In this document: positions 48,567-57,186 of the stretch, piece after piece
Position numbering within the stretch: position 1 is the stretch's first letter
Layout: each line of letters starts with the position of its first letter
Source of the DNA: Tepidisphaera sp.
Lineage (GTDB): Bacteria > Planctomycetota > Phycisphaerae > Phycisphaerales > UBA1924
DNA: 64,000 nucleotides
Direction: 5' to 3'
Assembly (NCBI GenBank): GCA_050916045.1
Contig: CP051526.1
Coordinates: 2,720,001 to 2,784,000, forward strand
Made by a program: the position numbers and the translations under genes
The notes under the pieces: generated by a model
The model's database searches: none
What the model was told of the DNA's origin: nothing
Seen by the model: the letters and a program-made list of their open reading frames with translations, nothing else

Positions 48567-48770
48567 CGAGCTGCACTGCTGTCTGTGTTGCGGCCGCGAC
48601 ACGCGGTCCAAGTTCCAGATCTGCGCCCGGTGCCTGCGCGGCCCGAGGACCGGGTGTTCGCGCTGTCTGGATGACGAAAGCCCGACCGCCGAGGACGACT
48701 ACTCGGAGGAGTCGGGACCCAACAGCGTGTACTGGGAGAGCGAGCAGCGGCGTGAGCGCGAGGTGAACCG

Positions 48771-50465
48771 TTGATGGAGCTGCGCCCCTACCAACTCGAA
48801 GCCGTGCGTGCGGTGTACGACCACCTGCGCTCGCGCGACGACAACCCGTGCGTGGTGATTCCCACGGGCGGCGGGAAGACGCCGGTGATCGCGACGATCT
48901 GCCGCGACGCCGTCGCGCACTGGAACGGCCGCGTCGTGATCCTTGCTCACGTCAAGGAGCTGCTCGAGCAGGCAGCCGACAAGCTCAGGCACATCGCGCC
49001 CGACGTGCCCATGGGCATCTACTCCGCTGGCCTGAAGCGCAAGGACCTCGGCTATGCCGTCACGATCGCGGGCATCCAGAGCATCTGGAAGAAGGCCGCC
49101 GATCTGGGGCCGGTCGATCTGATCATCGTCGACGAGGCGCACATGGTGCCCGCCGAGGACGACGGGATGTACCGCCAGTTCATCACCGACGCCAAGGCGG
49201 TGAACCCGCTCGTTCGGATCATCGGGCTGACCGCCACGCCGTACCGCATGAAGTCTGGCTCGATCTGCGGTACTGAAAACATCCTCAACCACGTCTGCTA
49301 CGAGGTCGGCGTGCGCGAGCTCATCGTGCAGGGCTTTCTGTCGCAGCTCAAGCCCAAGGCGGGCCGCGAGAAGGTGAGCACCGATGACCTGCACGTCCGC
49401 GCCGGCGAGTTCGTCGCCAGCGAGGTTGAAGATCTCATGGACAAGCAGGGCTTGGTTGAAGGCGCGTGCGCCGAGATCGTCGAGCACACCAAGGGTCGGC
49501 AGGCCACGCTTATCTTCTCGTCGGGCATCCGGCACGGCCAGCACATCGTGGAGGTCCTCAAGGCCAAGCATGGCATCGAGTGCGGGTTCGTCTCCGGCGA
49601 CACGCCCGACGGCGTGCGGAGTGCCATCCTCGGCCGCTTCCGCAGGGGCAATCTCAAGTACCTGTGCAACGTAAACGTGCTCACGACCGGATTCGACGCT
49701 CCGCACATCGACTGCGTGGCGCTCGTGCGGCCGACCATGTCGCCGGGCCTGTATTACCAGATGGTTGGAAGGGGCTTCCGGCTGCACCCGGGCAAGACCG
49801 ACTGCCTCGTACTGGACTTCGGCGGCAACGTGATGCGCCACGGCCCGGTGGACGCGATCCGCATCGACGAGCCCGGTAAGGGCAACGGCGAGGCTCCCGT
49901 GAAGGAGTGTCCGGAGTGCCACGCTCTCATCGCCGCGGGCTACCAGATCTGCCCCGAGTGCGGCCACGCGTTCCCGGAGCCCAACAAGCAGAAGCACGAA
50001 GCGCAGGCCAGCACCGAGGGCGTGCTTTCCGGCCAGGCCACGCGCGAAGAGCACCGCGTCAGCGAGACGACGTACCACGTGCACATGAAGCGCAGCGACC
50101 CCGCCGCTCCGCTGACCATGCGCGTCGAGTACCGCGCCGGCTTCAACCGCTACTTCCGCGAGTGGGTCTGCTTTGACCACACCGGCTACGCGCGGACGAA
50201 GGCCGAGGCATGGTGGCGGGCCCGCTCGGCCGAGCCGGTGCCGGAGGGCACGGAGCACGCGGTGGAGTTGGCCGAGGCGGGGGCGCTTGCGCACACGCTG
50301 GCGATCACGGTTGAGAAGAAAGCGGGCGACCAGTACGAGCGGATCGTCGCGTGCCGCCTCGGCGACAAGCCACCCCGGCTCGACGACCCCGACGCCGCTC
50401 CCGAATACCGGCCCGCGCCAGCGGGCACCACGTACGGCATCCCCGACGACGAGATCCCATTCTGA
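48771..50465 (+). CDS. SF2 DEAH helicase (RadD/YejH-like) with Zn finger
   Basis: LRPYQ, PTGGGKT, DEAH, GLTATP, VLTTGFD, QMVGRGFR, CPEC..CPECG. Confidence 0.92.
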   Translation: MMELRPYQLEAVRAVYDHLRSRDDNPCVVIPTGGGKTPVIATICRDAVAHWNGRVVILAHVKELLEQAADKLRHIAPDVPMGIYSAGLKRKDLGYAVTIAGIQSIWKKAADLGPVDLIIVDEAHMVPAEDDGMYRQFITDAKAVNPLVRIIGLTATPYRMKSGSICGTENILNHVCYEVGVRELIVQGFLSQLKPKAGREKVSTDDLHVRAGEFVASEVEDLMDKQGLVEGACAEIVEHTKGRQATLIFSSGIRHGQHIVEVLKAKHGIECGFVSGDTPDGVRSAILGRFRRGNLKYLCNVNVLTTGFDAPHIDCVALVRPTMSPGLYYQMVGRGFRLHPGKTDCLVLDFGGNVMRHGPVDAIRIDEPGKGNGEAPVKECPECHALIAAGYQICPECGHAFPEPNKQKHEAQASTEGVLSGQATREEHRVSETTYHVHMKRSDPAAPLTMRVEYRAGFNRYFREWVCFDHTGYARTKAEAWWRARSAEPVPEGTEHAVELAEAGALAHTLAITVEKKAGDQYERIVACRLGDKPPRLDDPDAAPEYRPAPAGTTYGIPDDEIPF

Positions 50466-52600
50466 TGGCCGAGCCCGCACCTCCCATCTCGAACGGCGTC
50501 CTTCGCGGACACGCTGCGGCCTTCGTCGCGGCGGGTCTCTGCGCGCTGCCCGCCGTCCGCACCGCGGAGAACAAGCGTGTTGCGCTGCCCGCATGGAAGG
50601 ACTATCAGAGCCGGTTGCCGTCGAAGGCCGAACTCACGGTCTGGTTCAAGGCGTCGACGCACGCGGTGTGCCTGGTGTGCGGCGCGGTCTCGGGCAACCT
50701 GGAGATGATCGACTTCGACCTGGGCGGCGAAGCCTTCGCCGTGTGGCGCGACGCCGTCGAGGCGTCGTCGCCCGGGCTGATCGATCGTTTGGTGATCGAG
50801 TCGACACCGTCGGGCGGCCGCCACGTTGTGTACCGCTGCGAGAGCCCCGTCTGCGGCAACACCAAGCTCGCCAGCAAGCGCATCGACACCGATGGCCCGG
50901 GCGATCTTGTGGTGGGCTCCAAGAACGTCACTCCTCGGCAGGACCCCGCCGGCCGCTGGCACGTCGTCGTCACGCTGATCGAGACCCGCGGCGAGGGAGG
51001 CATGTTCCTGTGCGCCCCCTCGGAGGGGTACGCAATCCTCCAGGGCGACCTGTGCTCCCCTCCGGTCATCAGTGCCGACGAGCGCGACGTGCTGCTGGGC
51101 TGCGCGTGGGCGCTGGACGGAACGCCCCGCTCGGTCGTGGATGGTCCGTTTCCCTTGCCCGGCAAGCAGGCTGATTCGCACGATGCCTGCGCTGGCCAGC
51201 GGCCGGGGGATGAATACAACGCGCGGGGCGACGTTCGTGACGTCCTCCGCCGCCACGGGTGGACGCTCGCCCGCGCGGGAAGCAACGAGCACTGGCGACG
51301 GCCCGGCAAGTCGGCGGGCACCAGCGCGACGCTCAAGGACGGCATCTTCTATGTCTTCTCCAGCAACGCCCCGCCGTTCGAGCCGCAGCGCGGCTACGCG
51401 GCCTTCGCGGTGTACGCGATGCTCGAGCACGGCGGCGATTGGTCCAAGGCCGCCAGCGCCCTGCGGGCCGAGGGGTTCGGCAGCGCGCCGCAGACATCCG
51501 GCGTGGACCTTTCGGGGCTGGTGACGCAGCCGGCGGCCCTCCCCGTCGATCCGCTGGAGCCGGCGTTCGTGCTGGCGGTTGATCTGTCAGCCCAGTACCC
51601 GGCGCTCCGTCCGCCTGTGATCAACAAGCTGCTGCGCGAGGGCGAGACGATGAACGTCATCGCCGCGCCCAAGACGGGCAAGAGCTGGCTCACGCTCGAC
51701 CTGGCGCTCTCGGTCGCGGCCGGCCGCCCTTGGCTTGGGCGATACGAGACCGTCGCCGGCGATGTGCTCATCATCGACAACGAGCTGCACCGCGAAACCA
51801 GCGCGTCGCGCATCCCGCAGGTCGCCCGGGCGCGGGGCATGGACTACGCCCGCGTCGGTCGGCACGTGGCGATCGACAACCTGCGCGGGCGGCTGCGGGA
51901 CATCTTCGCCCTGAGGTCGTACTTCGACCGGCTTGAGCCTGGCCGGTTCAGGCTGATCGTGCTGGACGCGTTCTACCGCTTCATGCCCCTTGGCGGTGAC
52001 GAGAACGACAACGCGACGATGGCCAGCGTCTACAACGCGATCGACTCATATGCCGACCGCCTGGGTTGCTGCTTTGTGTTGATCCACCACAGCAGCAAGG
52101 GCAACCAGTCGGGCAAGAGCGTGACGGACGTCGGAGCCGGCGCGGGCAGCCAGAGCCGGGCAACCGACAGCCACCTGGTTCTGCGGCCGCACGAGGAGGA
52201 TGGGTGCGTCGTGCTCGATGCCGCCGTGCGGTCTTGGGCTCCCATCGAGCCCGCGGGCCTGCGGTGGACGTTCCCGGTGTGGGACGTCGATCCGGGTCTC
52301 GATCCGGCGCTGCTCCGCAGCGAGCGACCGGCACGCCGCAAGGACGAGAAGAAGGCCGAGGGCGAGCCATCCCCGGAGTGGGACGCGGAGCGCTTCGCCG
52401 AAGCGTTCGTGTCTGAGAAGCCGCTGTCGAAGTCTGAGATTCACGAGGCCGCCAAGGCGGCTGGCTTGTCCCTGCGACGCACCGACGACCTGCTCGAGGT
52501 CGGTCAGGCGCAGGGTCTGATCCACCGCTGGACGGTCGGTCGGGCGCACCGAGCGCAGTACTCGACCGCGCCGCAGCCCGTCACGGAGGTGCTGTCATGA
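50465..52600 (+). CDS. Bifunctional primase-polymerase (Prim-Pol) fused to AAA_25/RepA-type helicase
   Basis: WKDYQ, CGAVSGNLEMIDFD, TPSGGRH, ETRGEGG; AAPKTGKS, IVLD, IHHSSKG, GAGAG. Confidence 0.88.
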   Translation: MAEPAPPISNGVLRGHAAAFVAAGLCALPAVRTAENKRVALPAWKDYQSRLPSKAELTVWFKASTHAVCLVCGAVSGNLEMIDFDLGGEAFAVWRDAVEASSPGLIDRLVIESTPSGGRHVVYRCESPVCGNTKLASKRIDTDGPGDLVVGSKNVTPRQDPAGRWHVVVTLIETRGEGGMFLCAPSEGYAILQGDLCSPPVISADERDVLLGCAWALDGTPRSVVDGPFPLPGKQADSHDACAGQRPGDEYNARGDVRDVLRRHGWTLARAGSNEHWRRPGKSAGTSATLKDGIFYVFSSNAPPFEPQRGYAAFAVYAMLEHGGDWSKAASALRAEGFGSAPQTSGVDLSGLVTQPAALPVDPLEPAFVLAVDLSAQYPALRPPVINKLLREGETMNVIAAPKTGKSWLTLDLALSVAAGRPWLGRYETVAGDVLIIDNELHRETSASRIPQVARARGMDYARVGRHVAIDNLRGRLRDIFALRSYFDRLEPGRFRLIVLDAFYRFMPLGGDENDNATMASVYNAIDSYADRLGCCFVLIHHSSKGNQSGKSVTDVGAGAGSQSRATDSHLVLRPHEEDGCVVLDAAVRSWAPIEPAGLRWTFPVWDVDPGLDPALLRSERPARRKDEKKAEGEPSPEWDAERFAEAFVSEKPLSKSEIHEAAKAAGLSLRRTDDLLEVGQAQGLIHRWTVGRAHRAQYSTAPQPVTEVLS

Positions 52601-52644
52601 CCCACGACCTCGCCAACCGGACCGCCCGTGGCTCGCGCGCGCAC

Positions 52645-52792
52645 GCGCTTGAGCGCTTCGGCGAAGCGCATGAGCGACGGTTGTATGGCGCTGGCGGTCT
52701 GTCGCTCGTGCGCGCGCGCACCCCCCGTACCCCCCGGGCGGCGGCGCTTGAGCGACGCCGCCCGGTCGCTTGTGCGCGCGCGCGCTTGAGCG
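52645..52792 (+). repeat. Cluster of 11-bp repeats (GCGCTTGAGCG and variants); candidate replication origin
   Basis: Exact at 52645, 52744, 52782; variants at 52666, 52702, 52766. Confidence 0.55.
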
Positions 52793-53510
52793 CTGAAGCG
52801 AAAATGGGGCAACTGAGGGGATGGTCGGGAGTGATTAGGTACTCCCGGGCCGGGATCGAGATCCAACGCCCGCGGGAACAGCCGCGCTACTCGACTGAGT
52901 TTGTTTCGCCCGTCCGGGCGCAGGACGGGCGTCTGGTGGGGTTGGTACGCCCGCCCGCCGGGAACGCGACGTGGGCCAACGTGGGCGGACCCGTGGCCAA
53001 CGGGCGTGGCGGGAGTGCCTCACCCCGGCTTTCCGGGCCCCGCAATTCGATGTTCCGCGAGCGCCTGCCTAAGGCTTGCGACCTCTTCCCGAAGAGCCGC
53101 GATTTCAGCGTGGATTTCGGTAAGCGGCACAACAACGAGTTCACGGAGCGCCCGGCGCGTGTTGAGCCGGTTGGCGATGATGTCCTGAAATCGAAGGCGG
53201 CCTTCGTAATTCCAATCCGAGAGTTCCCGCCCCGAGCGAGTGAACTCCTGCGTCACACCATCGGCGTCGGTTCGCATGCCATCCCGCTTCATGATGCGCG
53301 GAGCAGGCTTCCGCATCGGACAGGCAGCCATGACTGTGCCATCGTGAAGCGAGGACGCCGAGTAGTGGAGTGCGCGCTTTCGTGGTCGTCGCATACATCG
53401 TCTCCCAGTGATCGCGGAGTTTGTGTGGGCACGTCAGGCCCACAGCCGTCCGCACGCCCGAATTGAACGCGACAGCGGACGTCGCGTGTAGCACCAACAT
53501 GGAGGTACTC

Positions 53511-54884
53511 ATGAAGATCGAGATGTGGCCGCTGGCCAATGTGAAGCCGTACGAGAAGAACCCCCGCAAGAACGAGGGCGCGATCGACGCGGTCGCCAAG
53601 AGCATCGCGGAGTTCGGGTTCCGCGTCCCGATCGTCGTCGATGGCGACGGCGTGGTGATCGCCGGGCATACGCGGCTCAAGGCCGCCGAGAAGCTCGGGC
53701 TTGCCGAGGTGCCCGTCCATATCGCGCGCGAACTCACTGCCGATCAGGTGCGGGCGCTGCGGATTGCCGACAACAAGCTGCACGAGCTCTCGTCTTGGGA
53801 CATGGAACTCCTGCCGCTGGAACTGGCAGACCTGCAGTCGGTCGAGTTCGACATGGCCTTGCTCGGCTTCAGCGCCGAGGACCTCAGCGCGATCATGGCT
53901 CCCGCGGGCAACGAGGGGCTGACCGATCCGGACGATGTGCCGGCCCCGCCGGACGCAGCGACGACCGTTCCCGGCGACATCTGGGTGCTCGGCAACCACC
54001 GCCTGATGTGCGGTGACTCGTCAAAGGCTGAGGATCTGGATCGGTTGCTTGATGGCCGGCCAATCCACCTCGTCAATACCGATCCGCCGTACAACGTGAA
54101 AGTCGAGCCGCGATCGAACAACGCGATCGTGGCGGGGCTGAGTTCATTTGCGCTTGGGAAGAAGGCCAACGCCGACGAGCACGACCAGCAGAGCGCCGAC
54201 CTCAATCGCCATCCCGAGAAGAGCCGAGCCACACACAAGAAGCTCCGTGCCAAGGACCGGCCGCTGGCCAACGACTTCGTGTCCGACGATGAGTTCGACC
54301 GTCTGCTCGCGGCATGGTTTGGGAACATCACCCGCGTGCTGATCCCCGGCGGCACGTTCTACATCTGGGGCGGGTACGCCAACTGCGGCAACTACCCGCC
54401 GGTGCTGAAGCGCTGCGAGCTCTACTTCGCGCAGGCGATCATCTGGATCAAGGAGCACCCGGTCCTGACCCGCAAGGACTTCATGGGCAATCACGAGTGG
54501 TGCTTCTACGGCTGGAGAGAAGGCGCGGCCCATCGCTTCTTTGGCCCTGCCAACGTGCCGGACACCTGGTCGATCAAGAAGGTCAACCCGCAGAGCATGG
54601 TTCACCTCACCGAGAAGCCCGTCGAGCTGGCGAGGCGGGCCATCGAGTTCTCATCGCGTCCCGGCGAAAACGTGCTCGACCTCTTCGGCGGCAGCGGCTC
54701 CACGCTCATCGGCGCGGAGATGACCGGGCGGCACGCGTTCCTCATGGAGCTCGATGCGCTCTACTGCGATGTCATCGTCCAGCGCTGGGAGAAGTTCACG
54801 GGCCGCAAGGCGGAGCGACTCCCGGCAAAGGGTGTGGCCGAAGAGAAAGCCGCGACGCGTGTCGCGGCTGGGAGCAAAGCGTGA
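53511..54884 (+). CDS. ParB-like N-domain fused to beta-class N6A/N4C DNA methyltransferase
   Basis: GGAGG RBS; PYEKNPR..IAGHTRLKAA..IADNK; TDPPYN (motif IV) before HLTEKP and DLFGGSGST (motif I). Confidence 0.92.
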   Translation: MKIEMWPLANVKPYEKNPRKNEGAIDAVAKSIAEFGFRVPIVVDGDGVVIAGHTRLKAAEKLGLAEVPVHIARELTADQVRALRIADNKLHELSSWDMELLPLELADLQSVEFDMALLGFSAEDLSAIMAPAGNEGLTDPDDVPAPPDAATTVPGDIWVLGNHRLMCGDSSKAEDLDRLLDGRPIHLVNTDPPYNVKVEPRSNNAIVAGLSSFALGKKANADEHDQQSADLNRHPEKSRATHKKLRAKDRPLANDFVSDDEFDRLLAAWFGNITRVLIPGGTFYIWGGYANCGNYPPVLKRCELYFAQAIIWIKEHPVLTRKDFMGNHEWCFYGWREGAAHRFFGPANVPDTWSIKKVNPQSMVHLTEKPVELARRAIEFSSRPGENVLDLFGGSGSTLIGAEMTGRHAFLMELDALYCDVIVQRWEKFTGRKAERLPAKGVAEEKAATRVAAGSKA

Positions 54885-54892
54885 TGTACGCC

Positions 54893-55162
54893 TCAGTCCT
54901 CGTCGACAGTGGGCAGGGCCCCGTCGGTCGCTTCGTCCCAATCAAGGGCGTAGCGCTCAGCGATGTCCTCGAGGTCGTGCTCGGTCAAGTAGTCGGCCGT
55001 CTTGCGCTCTTGGCAGGACGCGACGGTGCGGGCGAGATCGGTCCACTCCTCGATCGTGACCATCCGGTCCTGCCTCGCGCCAAGCAGGTAGAGCGCTGCC
55101 TGAAGCACGGCCTCGAGTTGCGCATGGGTCGGCGCGGGCTGCGGGGCGGGGGTGGCGCTCAT
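54893..55162 (-). CDS. Small acidic hypothetical protein
   Basis: 89-aa ORF in a tightly packed minus-strand cluster. Confidence 0.65.
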   Translation of the reverse strand: MSATPAPQPAPTHAQLEAVLQAALYLLGARQDRMVTIEEWTDLARTVASCQERKTADYLTEHDLEDIAERYALDWDEATDGALPTVDED

Positions 55163-55165
55163 GGC

Positions 55166-55690
55166 TCAGGCTCCCTTCCCCGCGACAAAGACGCCGCGCT
55201 CGTGCTTCTTGAAGCGAGCGGCGGTGCCCTTGGCGGCGATCTCGCGGATGATGGCGGCGTAGAGCGTGGCCTCGGGCGTCTTCCCGCCGGGGCTCGTCCA
55301 GAGCTTCTTGGCCTCCATCGCGGTGATCATCTCCTTGGCTCGCATCGGGACATCGCTCGCGGCGAGCACCTGCGCGGCGGCGTCGAGGGCGCTGACGCGC
55401 TTGGCCTTCGGTTCCTTCGCGGGCTTCGGTGCCTTCTGCGTCTTGGGGGCTCTGGTCTTCTTGCCCTTGGCGGACGCCTCGACGGTCGCGTTGTTGGCGA
55501 CCTCCTTGGCGGTTGGGACTTCGTGGTCCTGCTTTCCGCCCGCCAACCGGTCGTTGATCTCGGCGAGCGCCGCCTTGCGGAGGCGGTCTGTCTTGGCGGC
55601 TCCCTCCGCGCGGGCGGCGCTCTTGGACATCTTCGGGGTACGGGGGGTGCGGGGCTTGGCGGGCTTCTTCGTCTTCGTACTCATGGTCAT
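55166..55690 (-). CDS. Lys/Ala/Pro-rich protein with C-terminal HARE-type winged HTH
   Basis: LDAAAQVL....PMRAKEMI..M....LW...[16 protein letters not shown]. Confidence 0.75.
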   Translation of the reverse strand: MTMSTKTKKPAKPRTPRTPKMSKSAARAEGAAKTDRLRKAALAEINDRLAGGKQDHEVPTAKEVANNATVEASAKGKKTRAPKTQKAPKPAKEPKAKRVSALDAAAQVLAASDVPMRAKEMITAMEAKKLWTSPGGKTPEATLYAAIIREIAAKGTAARFKKHERGVFVAGKGA

Positions 55691-55777
55691 CTCCGAACTG
55701 GGGGTTGGAACCCCCGCCGCACATTGCGGCGGGGAAGCGTGGCCGTCGCGGTTCCCCGCGACGCCGCGTGGGGTCTG

Positions 55778-56062
55778 TCAGCAGCCCGCGACGCGCTCCA
55801 TCTCGTTGAGCACGTCATGAACCATCGAGTTGGTGGCGGCGGCTTGGCCCCGGCGATCGGTGCCGTAGACCACCTTGGCGACCTCCGTCGCCTTCGCGTA
55901 GCGGCTCTCCCGGTTCTCGTCGCGGGCGATGTGCGCGATGCAGATGTCTTGCTTGCCCGCTCGGCGGGTGTGCTGCTCGATGGTCACTTCCGCGCCGCGC
56001 TCGGTGCGGCGGATGCTGATGTCTTGGTCGATGCCCTCGATCACGATCGTCTTGATGGTCAT
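55778..56062 (-). CDS. Small hypothetical protein
   Basis: AAGGAG RBS, 94 aa. Confidence 0.7.
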   Translation of the reverse strand: MTIKTIVIEGIDQDISIRRTERGAEVTIEQHTRRAGKQDICIAHIARDENRESRYAKATEVAKVVYGTDRRGQAAATNSMVHDVLNEMERVAGC

Positions 56063-56092
56063 GGCGTTGCTCCTTGCGGTTGGTGGTTCTGG

Positions 56093-56356
56093 TCACTCGG
56101 CGTCGTTCAGAAAGGCCTCGACGTGCTCGGGGTCCATGTTGCTGAGGAACCCGACCAGATCGATCAGGTCGCTGCGCACCTTCCCGAGGCTTCCCGCGAA
56201 GCCCCAGTTGCGTGGGTCGGCCTTGGCTCCCTCGGCGTGCTTGTCGAGTTCCATCTGCAGCACGTCCATCAGGCGGGCGATGTCGTTGCGGCGTGCGGCG
56301 TAGGTCTCGGCAGCGGTGGGTTCGGGCTTGGATGTCTTGGGTGTGCGCTTCGTCAT
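56093..56356 (-). CDS. Small hypothetical protein
   Basis: AAGGAG RBS, 87 aa, NWGFAGSL motif. Confidence 0.7.
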   Translation of the reverse strand: MTKRTPKTSKPEPTAAETYAARRNDIARLMDVLQMELDKHAEGAKADPRNWGFAGSLGKVRSDLIDLVGFLSNMDPEHVEAFLNDAE

Positions 56357-56416
56357 GGTCGTGCTCCTTTGGGTTGGTGGTCTCTGGTAAACAGCGAAGC
56401 CCGCATTACGCGGGCT

Positions 56417-56767
56417 TCAGGTCGTCGGGTGGTTGTCGTTCTTGCGGTCCCAACTCGTCGCGTCTTTCGGCTGGCCAACCGCCCGGAGGTAGTCGACCAA
56501 CTCATCGGCGGCCCAGGTGTCGCCGTCGATCGCGTCGTGCTCGTTGGGTGCGTCGGTATCGCGGTCGATCTCGAAGAGGCGGAAGCCGCCCAGCGCTCCG
56601 GGGCGCGGTCCCCAGTGCCCGTCGAGGTGGCGGCCGCGTCCGGCGGGGACCGTCGCGATGTTCCAGGTGCGTCCGTCGGGCGTGTGGATCTCGATCGCGG
56701 GGATATGGAACCCGCTCTTGGCGAGGGTCTTGGCGAGGTCGATCGTGGTCTTCGTGGTCGCGTTCAT
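56417..56767 (-). CDS. Small hypothetical protein
   Basis: GGAG RBS, start MNATTK. Confidence 0.65.
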   Translation of the reverse strand: MNATTKTTIDLAKTLAKSGFHIPAIEIHTPDGRTWNIATVPAGRGRHLDGHWGPRPGALGGFRLFEIDRDTDAPNEHDAIDGDTWAADELVDYLRAVGQPKDATSWDRKNDNHPTT

Positions 56768-56937
56768 GGTCGTGGTCTCCGTCGCGTGCGGGGGGTGCGT
56801 TGTTCCCGCTCGCGTTGGACACACATTGGCCGGCTGACGGGGAACAGGCAAGGCGTTCGGCCTGCATTTCTCGATGATTCCGTGACATGTGGGCAACTCT
56901 TCCGCCCATGTGGGCAAGTCCACGCGGGAGGTCCGCG

Positions 56938-57186
56938 ATGACTCCCGAACACGCGCCTAGTTCCGGGCCAGCGGCGGGGGGACAGGGAATGTCCCGGCTC
57001 AACCCGGCGGCGCTGCCCGTGGCGGACGCCGCCCGCGTGCTCACGCGGCTGGGCGGCAAGCCCGTGACGGACGCCATGCTCCGCGCCGACATCGATGCCG
57101 GCGCGCCCGTCAACGCAGATGGTTCGCTCAACCTCGTGCACTACGCGGCATGGCTTGTAAAGGAGATGTCCGCAGGTGGCGATTGA
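56938..57186 (+). CDS. Small wHTH protein, terminase-small-subunit-like
   Basis: Immediately upstream of TerL; DAGAPVNADGSLNLVHYAAWLV; alternative start 56989. Confidence 0.65.
   Translation: MTPEHAPSSGPAAGGQGMSRLNPAALPVADAARVLTRLGGKPVTDAMLRADIDAGAPVNADGSLNLVHYAAWLVKEMSAGGD

Noticed and set aside
48529..48774. Small Cys-rich ORF between rusA and helicase
   Set aside because: Plausible zinc-finger gene (CCLCCG..CARC) but no convincing start or RBS, so not listed as a feature
52597..53466. 289-aa ORF after primase
   Set aside because: Arg/Ala-rich translation of repeat DNA with no recognisable domain; a short real peptide cannot be excluded
53468..53495. CGCGACA upstream of the methylase as a fourth promoter motif
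   Set aside because: Second half TCGTGCACATATAG absent; it is part of a CGCGAC/GTCGCG hairpin
54314..56941. 875-aa plus-strand ORF
   Set aside because: Overlaps the methylase out of frame and five RBS-bearing minus-strand genes; Gly/Arg/Val-rich shadow composition
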